Of a stretch of DNA of 12,784 bases, positions 1-7,472 are shown in pieces (position 1 is the stretch's first letter; every line of letters begins with the position of its first letter). The position numbers and the translations under genes were made by a program. The notes below the pieces were generated by a model that was given only the letters and a program-made list of their open reading frames with translations, had not been told where the DNA came from and did not search any database. This DNA comes from Chloroflexota bacterium (GTDB lineage Bacteria; Chloroflexota; Anaerolineae; 4572-78; NAK82): the NCBI GenBank assembly GCA_024276515.1, contig JAJRXB010000230.1, positions 1 through 12,784 of the forward strand, in the 5' to 3' direction.

Positions 1-2001
1 GAATCGCTGGCCGCGTACCTCTACCTGCGCCGGCTGCTGGCTCGCTACCGGGTGCGGGGCATCGCCAACCAGTTGCGGGGCCTGGGACTCCTCGACTTTG
101 ACCCGGAACCCCTGGAGCCGTGGGTCGAGAGCGTACTGACCCGCTGGGAGACCCGGCCCGGTTGGCGGCAGCAGGTCATCGTCCAGGCCGAGGAAAGGCT
201 CCAGGCCGACGATCTGGGCCGGCTCGCGGCCATCCTGGGCCTGGAATCGCCGGATGCCGCCTTTGAGGCTTTGGTCCGGGCCGATACCCCGGCCACGCTC
301 TACACGCTGGGAGTGCACGCCTTCCAGGTGGCCCTCGCAAACAAGAAGCTCACTCGTTTTACCGCCCGCTGGGCACAACAACGCCCTTCAGCTCTGGCCG
401 ATCTGCCCCGCACACCTTTTGCCCAGGGTGCGCGGGTGTTGGCTTCCCTCTTTGACGAGCTGGCCATCATCAACCGGCTGCTGGCGCAGCCCATCCCCGA
501 ACAGGCGGACCTGACCCAACTGCTGGACTGGTACGTCGAGGGGGGCTTCTATGACCTGGAATACGCCCACGCCCGGGCCAGCCGCCAGGTCATCTACCTG
601 CCCGACGAAGAACTGCGGCCGGTCATGCAGCGTTACCTTGACTATTTGCAGGCCAAGATCCGCGAGGTCCTGGAGGGAGCAGACCAGGAGTTGGCCAAAC
701 AGGTCACGGACGACTGGCCGGGCTACCTGGGCCATCCCCGGCTGTCCACGAACGTCTTGTGGGATACGGTCAAGAAGCGGCGCCTGTCGCCGACGCCCGA
801 AGCCGGCCTGTGGATCGTCGTCTTTGACGGGATGCGCTGGGATACCTGGGCGCGACACGTCAAACCCCGGTTGTTGGAGAGGTTCGAGTTCGTCGTGCCG
901 GAGAAAGCGTACCTCTGCCTGTTGCCTTCCTGGACCGGCGTGGCCCGCACCGGCTTGCTGGCCGGCAAGCCCCCGGCCGGCTGGCGGAGCTACGAGGGAC
1001 GCTACACCACCGATCAGGAGCAACTGGTATCCCAATTGTTGGGCCTGCCCCAGCGCACGCGAGGGCGGTCGTTGCGCTTCCACTCGGGCATGGAGTCGGA
1101 TCGGCAGTATGGCCAACTCGATCCCAACGAGCGCCGGCCCTACAACGTGTTGATCTACAACCTGTCGGACGACAACCTGCACAGCCAACGGGGCAATCTG
1201 ATCGCCCTCAACGAGACGGTGGACCGGCTCCTGGACGACGTCTTCCAGGTGTTGGACAACCTGGTTCGGGACGGCGACACGGTGGTCGTTTCCAGCGACC
1301 ATGGTTTCGTGGAGCTCGTGGAAGGCAACGAGGCGACCATCGCCGACGACGAGCGTTGGCAGCGATACCGGGAGGGAGGCGCCCACCCGGTGCGCTATCG
1401 CTACATTCTGAGCCACGATCTGGCTGACGACGTGGACGACGTTTACCGGGTGGAGTACCCTGGAGTCCGGGATCGCTACACCGTCGCCGTGGGCCAACGC
1501 TGGTTCAAACGGGCCAACTGGCGCGGTGCCACCGACCGGTACGCTCACGGCGGCCTGTCCTTCGCCGAGATGGCCGTGCCGGGCGCGGTCCTGCGCCGGA
1601 TCACAGAGCCCCGGATCGAACTGGTGCTTGAGGCGGAACCCGGGTCGTTACAGCTCGTGGAAGGAGAGGTCGTGACGCTGAAGGTCCAGGTATTCAATCG
1701 GGGGAACGTCCAGGTCTCCGGGCGACTGGATGTCCAGAGTGACACCGCTGGCGAGGCCGCTTCCTACGCCGTTGACCTCGGGCCGGGCGAGAGGCAAGGG
1801 CATTCCTACCCCGTCGAAGCCATCTATCACCGGCGCAGCGACGGGACGGTCGAGGCGACACAGCAGGTGACCCTGAGACTGGGCTATAACGACCTGGATG
1901 GGAAAACCCAGAGACGGCGCAAGAACGTGCGGGTGGAAGTGCAGCCTCGATCCGACGTGGTGGAGATCGATTTTGGCGGGCTGGATGACCTGGAGATCTA
2001 G
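1..2001 (+). CDS. pglZ: BREX PglZ/BrxZ alkaline-phosphatase-superfamily protein (5' end outside window)
   Basis: Frame 1 is open from base 1, so the gene starts upstream; stop TAG at 1999-2001. Alkaline-phosphatase-superfamily signature in order: IVVFDGMRWD (metal Asp), LCLLPSWTGVARTGLLAG (nucleophile Ser/Thr loop), SSDHGFVEL, YAHGGLSFAEMAVPG. This fits the PglZ domain. A C-terminal beta-rich, CARDB-like tail (VTLKVQVFNRGNVQVSG) follows. The gene lies immediately upstream of, and 4 nt from, a clear brxL, which is the canonical type-1 BREX order. Confidence 0.75.
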   Translation, partial: ESLAAYLYLRRLLARYRVRGIANQLRGLGLLDFDPEPLEPWVESVLTRWETRPGWRQQVIVQAEERLQADDLGRLAAILGLESPDAAFEALVRADTPATLYTLGVHAFQVALANKKLTRFTARWAQQRPSALADLPRTPFAQGARVLASLFDELAIINRLLAQPIPEQADLTQLLDWYVEGGFYDLEYAHARASRQVIYLPDEELRPVMQRYLDYLQAKIREVLEGADQELAKQVTDDWPGYLGHPRLSTNVLWDTVKKRRLSPTPEAGLWIVVFDGMRWDTWARHVKPRLLERFEFVVPEKAYLCLLPSWTGVARTGLLAGKPPAGWRSYEGRYTTDQEQLVSQLLGLPQRTRGRSLRFHSGMESDRQYGQLDPNERRPYNVLIYNLSDDNLHSQRGNLIALNETVDRLLDDVFQVLDNLVRDGDTVVVSSDHGFVELVEGNEATIADDERWQRYREGGAHPVRYRYILSHDLADDVDDVYRVEYPGVRDRYTVAVGQRWFKRANWRGATDRYAHGGLSFAEMAVPGAVLRRITEPRIELVLEAEPGSLQLVEGEVVTLKVQVFNRGNVQVSGRLDVQSDTAGEAASYAVDLGPGERQGHSYPVEAIYHRRSDGTVEATQQVTLRLGYNDLDGKTQRRRKNVRVEVQPRSDVVEIDFGGLDDLEI

Positions 2002-2005
2002 ACGG

Positions 2006-3472
2006 ATGTTGAGCGGACAGGACGAGGAAATGACGACAGACACGTACCAACCCACGCCGACCGACGAGAAAGCGTTGCAGCTCATGAGAGATCGGGTGGT
2101 CTTGAAACCGCTGACCCGCTGGAACGAGGCCTACAAAGAGTTCCCGCGCTACGTGATGGAATACCTGTGCGCCCGCTACGTGGACCCGGACAATCCGATC
2201 CCCGGCCAACAGCGGATTGACCGCCTCCTGCAAGAGCACTACGTGGATAGCGAAGCCCGCGAGCTGATCAAGAGCCGCATCAAGGAGCGCAAGGAGTACG
2301 TGCTGCTCGGCTCGCTCCAGGTGCGGCTGGACACGGCGCGCGATCACTACTGGGCCGAAGTGCCGGCCCTGGGTGACAGCTACGTGCGCGTCAGCCAGCG
2401 GGTGTTGCAGGACTATGGCGACGCGCTGCTCACCGGCGGGGCGTGGGGCACGATGACCATCGAGTACGACGCCCGCTACGAGTTGGCCGGCCGTATCTAT
2501 CCGTTCTTTGTTCGCGAGTTCAAACCATTCCAGATCACCCGCCTGGACCTGGACGACTACATAGCCAAGCGCCGCGTGTTCAGTGACGAGGAGTGGATCG
2601 ACCTGCTCATCACCAGCATCGGCTTCAACCCGGAGCGATTCGACCGGCGGGTCAAGATGCTGTTCCTGCTGCGCCTGGTGCCCTTCGTGGAGCCGAACTA
2701 CAATCTCATTGAGCTAGGCCCACGGGAAACCGGCAAGACCTATACCTACCGCAACACCTCCAGCCGTTCGTTCGTCATCTCCGGCGGCAAGGCCACCCCG
2801 GCCACCCTGTTCTACAACCTGGCCAGCCGCAAGATCGGCATCCTGGGCTATCGCGACGTCATCTTTTTCGACGAGGTGGCTAACACCCGCTTCGGCGATC
2901 CAGAGGCGACCATCAGCGTGCTCAAGGATTTCATGCAGACCGGTCGCTTCAGCCGGGGACCGCTGGAATTCTCGTCGGCGGCCAGCATTGTGATGGGCGG
3001 CAACATTGACACCGACCTGGAGCGCCGCCAGCCGGTGGAACGCTACGTGCACCTGTTCGAGGTGATGCCCGACGAACTCCAGGATACGGCCTTCCTCGAC
3101 CGCATCCACGCCTTTCTGCCCGGCTGGGAGCTACCCAAGATCCAGCCGGAGAACTATGCGCAAGGCTACGGCTTTATCACCGACTACCTGGCCGAGATCT
3201 TTGTCCGTCTGCGCCGGCTGACCCACTTTCTGACGGCGGTGCAGGCCCAGGCCAACCTGGCCGGGCTGACCGGGCGCAACCAACACGCTGTGGTCAAGAC
3301 CGCTTCGGGGTTACTCAAGCTGATCTACCCGCACCGCACGGCCGACGATCTGGAGCATGAGGAATTGGCGCTCTGTCTGGACCTGGCTGCCGAGTGCCGC
3401 GAGCGAGTCATCGAGCAGTTGGCGATCATGGCCCCGGAGGAGTTCCAACCGGTGCGGTTTGAGTTATTGTAG
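2006..3472 (+). CDS. brxL: BREX BrxL, Lon-related AAA+ protein; short form lacking the C-terminal Lon-protease-like domain
   Basis: ATG at 2006 lies 4 nt after the pglZ stop; an alternative ATG is at 2030 (AGGACGAGGAA upstream). Recalled similarity to E. coli BrxL: YVMEYLCARYV / GGAWGTMTIEY N-domain, Walker A LIELGPRETGKTY, Walker B VIFFDEVA, AFLDRIHAFLPGWELPKI, KTASGLLKLIYP, LAAECRERVIEQ. Stop TAG at 3470-3472; about 488 aa versus ~680 aa for canonical BrxL. Confidence 0.85.
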   Translation: MLSGQDEEMTTDTYQPTPTDEKALQLMRDRVVLKPLTRWNEAYKEFPRYVMEYLCARYVDPDNPIPGQQRIDRLLQEHYVDSEARELIKSRIKERKEYVLLGSLQVRLDTARDHYWAEVPALGDSYVRVSQRVLQDYGDALLTGGAWGTMTIEYDARYELAGRIYPFFVREFKPFQITRLDLDDYIAKRRVFSDEEWIDLLITSIGFNPERFDRRVKMLFLLRLVPFVEPNYNLIELGPRETGKTYTYRNTSSRSFVISGGKATPATLFYNLASRKIGILGYRDVIFFDEVANTRFGDPEATISVLKDFMQTGRFSRGPLEFSSAASIVMGGNIDTDLERRQPVERYVHLFEVMPDELQDTAFLDRIHAFLPGWELPKIQPENYAQGYGFITDYLAEIFVRLRRLTHFLTAVQAQANLAGLTGRNQHAVVKTASGLLKLIYPHRTADDLEHEELALCLDLAAECRERVIEQLAIMAPEEFQPVRFELL

Positions 3473-3554
3473 GCGCGCGGAAACTGGAACACAACGACAG
3501 CGAAAGGGCTTTCAGAGCGAGAGCGGAGCCAGGCCATCCCCACCCCGGAAAGGG

Positions 3555-3582
3555 AAAACCCTCGAGTCACGAGGGCTTTTGG
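3555..3582. terminator. Bidirectional intrinsic terminator between convergent brxL and VWA genes
   Basis: AAAACCCTCG-agtca-CGAGGGCTTTTGG: a GC-rich 6-7 bp stem with a 5-nt loop. It is flanked by an A-run on one side and a T-run on the other, so a stem plus U-tract forms on either strand. It sits 83 nt after the brxL stop and 13 nt after the VWA stop. Confidence 0.7.
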
Positions 3583-3594
3583 ACAACCTCACAC

Positions 3595-4887
3595 TCACAC
3601 CCGCTCAGTGTACGTCGGCCCCGGCCCGCAGTGGGGGCAGTTGCCGTTGGCGTCGAGGGCGCCGCCACACCTCATGCACCGCTCCCCGCCCGCTGCCTGC
3701 CGCCGGGTGACGGCCATGCGAGCCCCGGCAGCTACTACCGCCAGTAGTCCCAACACCCCGACTCCGATGGCCCACGGCAGCCAGCCCATCCCGCCGCCTG
3801 TCCTCTCGCCAGCGGTCCCAGAGGACACGGGCGTCACGGCAGGTGTGGCCGTGGGCGTCGTCGTGGGTACGGGCGTATCCGTGGCCGTCGCTGTAGGCGT
3901 GTCTGTGGGCGCAGCCTGGCCCAACGGCCCCCACTCGATCTCGTCGAACACCGTCTGGGTGCCGACCTTGACCGTGACCAGCGTGCGGTGGCGGGCTCCA
4001 TCGGGGGTCAGCCCCGAGGTGTAGGTCAGGCGGTATTGCTGCTTGAGCAGGTCGCCCACGTTCTGAAAGAGACCCACCAGTTGAGCCGAATCGGGCGTCT
4101 CCTGGTAGACGCCGCCCGTCTCCACGGCCAGCCGTCGCAGGTAGCGGGCGTCTATCCGGCTGCCCAGGCCGATGGTGAACACCGGCACGTCGTGCTTGTT
4201 GGCCTCGCGAATGGGGGTGTCCTCGTTGGCCACGGCGCTGCCCTGGCCTGGATTCTGCTGGGCGTCCTCGTCGCGGCCGTCGGTGAGGAGCAGCACGGCG
4301 CGGTTGCCCGGCGGCTGGGCGGCGGCCAGGCGCACCGCCTTGTACGCGGCATCGTACAGCGGCGTGCTGCCGCCGGCCTCCAGCCCGTCCACCACGGCGT
4401 ACAGGCCGGCTTTGTCCGGGGTGAAGGGGTGCTCGCGACGCCGGTCGAACTGGGGGAAGGGCTCGGCCAGGTTGATCGCGTCGCTGAAAGCGATGAGCGC
4501 CGCCCGGTCGGTGGGGCCCAGCCAGTCGAGGAAACGCACGGCGGCCGTCTGGGCGTCCTGCAGGGGCTGGCCGCTCATGCTGCCGCTGACGTCCAGGGCC
4601 AGCACCACCGCGATCTGCACCTCCGGGTTGACTACGGTGTCCAGCCCGGTGACCGGCCGCGATTCGAGCGTGCGGTCCTCGCTGACGTCGAAGTTCTCCG
4701 GTTCGAGGCTGCTCACCGGCACGCCGTTGGCATCGCGCACGGTGAGGGCCACCTGCACTTCGGGGAAGCGGCTGGCGTCCACCGCGTCCAGCCGCAGGGT
4801 GAGCCCGCCCTGGGCCAGCAATGGGAGCGGCAGCAACGCGGTCAGCAATACGAGCCAGATGATGAAGTGCGTTCGATAGTTGATCAT
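3595..4887 (-). CDS. Secreted/membrane-tethered von Willebrand factor A (VWA, MIDAS DxSxS) protein with PT-rich linker, TM helix and C-terminal cytoplasmic zinc ribbon
   Basis: N-terminal signal/anchor MINYRTHFIIWLVLLTALLPLPLLAQG. MIDAS motif LALDVSGSMSG, with VLLLTDGRDED and FTIGLG VWA strands. Pro/Thr linker APTDTPTATATDTPVPTTTPTATPAVTP. TM segment GWLPWAIGVGVLGLLAVVAAGA. Zinc ribbon CMRCGGALDANGNCPHCG. Preferred start is ATG 4887, which has GAGAAGGAGAAGG 4 nt upstream; the longer ORF from 4917 lacks an SD. Confidence 0.8.
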   Translation of the reverse strand: MINYRTHFIIWLVLLTALLPLPLLAQGGLTLRLDAVDASRFPEVQVALTVRDANGVPVSSLEPENFDVSEDRTLESRPVTGLDTVVNPEVQIAVVLALDVSGSMSGQPLQDAQTAAVRFLDWLGPTDRAALIAFSDAINLAEPFPQFDRRREHPFTPDKAGLYAVVDGLEAGGSTPLYDAAYKAVRLAAAQPPGNRAVLLLTDGRDEDAQQNPGQGSAVANEDTPIREANKHDVPVFTIGLGSRIDARYLRRLAVETGGVYQETPDSAQLVGLFQNVGDLLKQQYRLTYTSGLTPDGARHRTLVTVKVGTQTVFDEIEWGPLGQAAPTDTPTATATDTPVPTTTPTATPAVTPVSSGTAGERTGGGMGWLPWAIGVGVLGLLAVVAAGARMAVTRRQAAGGERCMRCGGALDANGNCPHCGPGPTYTERV

Positions 4888-4947
4888 GGGCCTTCTCCTT
4901 CTCGGTATCTCCTGCATGACATCGGTCTCTCATGATGATGTTCTTTG

Positions 4948-6594
4948 TCACCTGTGATCTGGCCCACCTCCACCAGGTTTTTCGACCGGTTCACCGGTGT
5001 CTACGGTCCAGAAAAAAGCACCAGGTGCGCTGTATTGGCTCACTTCTGCTCCACTTGGGTCTTCGTTGGGCTGCCCGGTCCGCTGCCGGGCAATCACCAC
5101 TTGCCATTTGAGTTCAGGCCCGAATTCAGAGAGCCACTCTTTCCCACTCTCCACGGGTCGGTACGTCGTCTCTTGCGTCCAGGTGAAATCCGTTCCTTCC
5201 CGATGGTGGATGATGAGCACGTAGTACTCGTCCGCTCCCAATGGGCGGCTCGCTTCCGACCACCGGAAGGTCACTTCCGTTTGCGCTCCGACGTAGGACG
5301 CCTTGTCCCATGGCTCCAGCAAGGTGGGAGCGGCCAGTAATTGTGAGACAACCGGCGGCGTATCAGTCGGCAGGATCGGCGTGGCCGTGGGCGTGGTCGT
5401 CGGCGGCACAGGCGTGCGGCTCGGCGTGGCAGTGGGTGTGGCTGTCGGCGTGTTGGTCGGTGTGTCCGTGGGCGTGTCCGTGGGCGTCGAGGTGAGCGTC
5501 GGCGGCACCGGGGTCGCGGTGGCCGTCACTGGCCTGGGGGTGGCTGTCACCACCCGCTCCACCACCTGCGGGGTGGGTGTGACCCGCCACGCGCCAAGCG
5601 CCCAGGCTCCGCCAGCGCTCAGCGCGAGCAACAGAACAGCAGCAACCAGCCAGGCCATAGCCGGGACGCCGCCCCGGGGCGGCTGAGGTTCCTCTCGTGC
5701 TCGGGTGCGTGCCACCTCCCGTTGGGCATGGACAGGCTGTGGCCTCGCGACCGCCGTTTCCTCCCGCTGCACCTCGGCCCCAACCTCTCGCAGCGCCGCC
5801 ACGAACTCGCTCACGCCGCTATACCGTTCCTCCGGCTGTCGGGCCAATGCCTTGCCCAGTACCTCGGCCACACCGTCCGGCATCCCCTCCGGCCACGCCG
5901 CCGGAAACTGCGGACCGTCCATCAGATGTTTGGTCATCACCGCGGCGGGTGTCTTGCCCGGAAACAGCACCTTCCCCATCAACATCTCGTAGACAACGCA
6001 AGCCAATGAGTAGAGGTCGGTCTGTGAGCAGGGATCCTCGTCACGCCACACCTCCGGCGCAATGTAGGCTGGCGTGCCCACCACCCCGCCACTCATGCTC
6101 ACGCTCACCGACGATTCGCCCACCAGCCGGGCGAAGCCGAAGTCGGTCAGCATGGCCCCCATGCGCGGGCCCAGCAGGATGTTGGCCGGCTTCAGGTCGC
6201 GGTGCAGGATGCCCTCGCCGTGAGCGTAGTCCAGCGCGTCGGTTACCTGGGCCATGATGTCGATCGTCTCGTCCCACGACAGGCGGCCCCGCTCAGCGAT
6301 GAGCCGGTTCAACGCCGGCCCCTCGACCCGCTCCATGGCGATGAACAGCCGCCCCTCGGCTTCACCCACCTCGTAGACAGTGACGATGTGGGGGTGCCGG
6401 AGACGGGCCACGGCTTTCGCCTCACGTCGGAAGCGGGCCACCCACGTCTCCTCCCGCATCAGCAGCGGGTCGAGCACCTTGAGCGCCACCTCGCGCTCCA
6501 GGGTGGTGTCCAGGGCACGGTACACGGTGGCGAAACCGCCCCGGCCCAGTTCTTCGCGGATACGGTATTTGCCCAATTGCTGCACGTTCTCCAT
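4948..6594 (-). CDS. Membrane Ser/Thr protein kinase 1 (Hanks-type) with PT linker and C-terminal extracytoplasmic sensor domain
   Basis: Kinase motifs: GRGGFATVY...ALKVL, HRDLKPANILL, DFGFARL, GTPAYIAPE. Single TM segment MAWLVAAVLLLALSAGGAWALGAW. PT linker TPTDTPTDTPTNTPTATPTATP. About 110-aa C-terminal domain APTLLEPWD...FRWS...DEYYVLI...WTQET. Start chosen at ATG 6594 (GGAGG 7 nt upstream); the GTG at 6600 is too close to the SD. Confidence 0.85.
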   Translation of the reverse strand: MENVQQLGKYRIREELGRGGFATVYRALDTTLEREVALKVLDPLLMREETWVARFRREAKAVARLRHPHIVTVYEVGEAEGRLFIAMERVEGPALNRLIAERGRLSWDETIDIMAQVTDALDYAHGEGILHRDLKPANILLGPRMGAMLTDFGFARLVGESSVSVSMSGGVVGTPAYIAPEVWRDEDPCSQTDLYSLACVVYEMLMGKVLFPGKTPAAVMTKHLMDGPQFPAAWPEGMPDGVAEVLGKALARQPEERYSGVSEFVAALREVGAEVQREETAVARPQPVHAQREVARTRAREEPQPPRGGVPAMAWLVAAVLLLALSAGGAWALGAWRVTPTPQVVERVVTATPRPVTATATPVPPTLTSTPTDTPTDTPTNTPTATPTATPSRTPVPPTTTPTATPILPTDTPPVVSQLLAAPTLLEPWDKASYVGAQTEVTFRWSEASRPLGADEYYVLIIHHREGTDFTWTQETTYRPVESGKEWLSEFGPELKWQVVIARQRTGQPNEDPSGAEVSQYSAPGAFFWTVDTGEPVEKPGGGGPDHR

Positions 6595-6680
6595 CGTCAC
6601 ACCTCCTCACTCATTTGGCATCCTGCACGGCCACGCTGTGCCGCGCTGTCTGGAATCGCGGGCAGCGCCACAGGCTCACT

Positions 6681-6709
6681 TTGACGAGCTCAACGCTCTG
6701 TGCTACAAT
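6681..6709 (+). promoter_or_regulatory. Sigma70-like promoter (TTGACG -17 bp- TACAAT) driving a leaderless or near-leaderless MNT transcript
   Basis: -35 TTGACG at 6681-6686, a 17-nt spacer, and -10 TACAAT at 6704-6709. The ATG of the downstream CDS is at 6719, about 9-10 nt past the -10, and there is no Shine-Dalgarno in between. Confidence 0.6.
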
Positions 6710-6718
6710 ACTCGTGAA

Positions 6719-7051
6719 ATGACATCAGATGAGCAAGACCTAAGAATAGAACAGATCGCGCGCCGGCTGGTCGAGCGCGTTCGACCGATCAAGATCGTGT
6801 TGTTCGGTTCGTATGCTTCTGATGCAGCCACGGCCGATAGCGACGTGGACCTGTTGGTCATCCTCGAATCGGACCTGCGCCGCGACCGGCGGCAGGAAGC
6901 GATCAGCCGGGCGTTGCGCCCACGCCACTTGCCGGTGGATATCCTGGCCTACACACCGGCCGAAGTGCAAGCCTGTGTGGATAAGCCGGGGTCGTCCGTC
7001 CGTCACATCCTCGAAACAGGCAAGGTGCTCTATGAACGGCGAACCGACTGA
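6719..7051 (+). CDS. Minimal nucleotidyltransferase (MNT/MntA-like antitoxin, Pol-beta superfamily)
   Basis: Motif IKIVLFGSYASDAATADSDVDLLVILES (GS-x9-11-DxD), about 110 aa. Its stop overlaps an ATG (ATGA), a typical TA-pair junction. Confidence 0.75.
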   Translation: MTSDEQDLRIEQIARRLVERVRPIKIVLFGSYASDAATADSDVDLLVILESDLRRDRRQEAISRALRPRHLPVDILAYTPAEVQACVDKPGSSVRHILETGKVLYERRTD

Positions 7052-7170
7052 TGCCTTATCCGGCTGATCTGCCGCTGGAACCCACCCGAGAGGAGTTAGA
7101 AGCCTTCTACCGCCAGGCGCAGACCGTCCTCGAGTTCGTCGAACGCAAACTTGCTGTGTCCTCTGAGTGA
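7051..7170 (+). pseudogene. Truncated HEPN-like toxin remnant (39 codons) overlapping the MNT stop
   Basis: ATGA overlap with the MNT gene. Encodes MPYPADLPLEPTREELEAFYRQAQTVLEFVERKLAVSSE. It resembles only the C-terminal helix of HEPN/HepT partners, has no Rx4-6H motif, and is far too short for a functional HEPN (~110-130 aa). Confidence 0.4.
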
Positions 7171-7472
7171 GCCGGTTCTGGGTCAGCATGTGGCTCAGCT
7201 CCGGGCCGTCGCGCATCAGGAAGTCAAAGTGATCGTTCTCAAAACAGATATCGCACTGTTCCCCCGTCCGCCTATTGCGACGAGACTTAGTCCCGTGGTA
7301 TGTAGTACCCTTCACTGATGAAGATAAAATCTCTTTTCGGGAGAGTCTGTGGCATGAGCGAGAACGAGATGGAGAACTTGTCCCCCGGGGCCATCGCCAC
7401 GTACTCATCATCGGATGTGCTGAGAACCTCTAATACGTCATTGCCCTGGAAACGCGCCGAAGACAAACTGAG

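Noticed and set aside
3473-3554. Possible continuation of brxL (missing Lon domain) by frameshift
   Set aside because: All three forward frames are short and closed between the brxL stop and the terminator, and ~120 nt cannot hold a ~200-aa protease domain. The truncation appears genuine.
6600-6600. GTG at 6600 (kinase 1), ATG at 4917 (VWA) and GTG at 12449 (giant protein) as start codons, as in the ORF track
   Set aside because: In each case an in-frame ATG or GTG 2-10 codons downstream is preceded by a much better Shine-Dalgarno at proper spacing (GGAGG, GAAGGAGAAGG, AGGTGAGGAGG). The longer N-termini are probably not translated.
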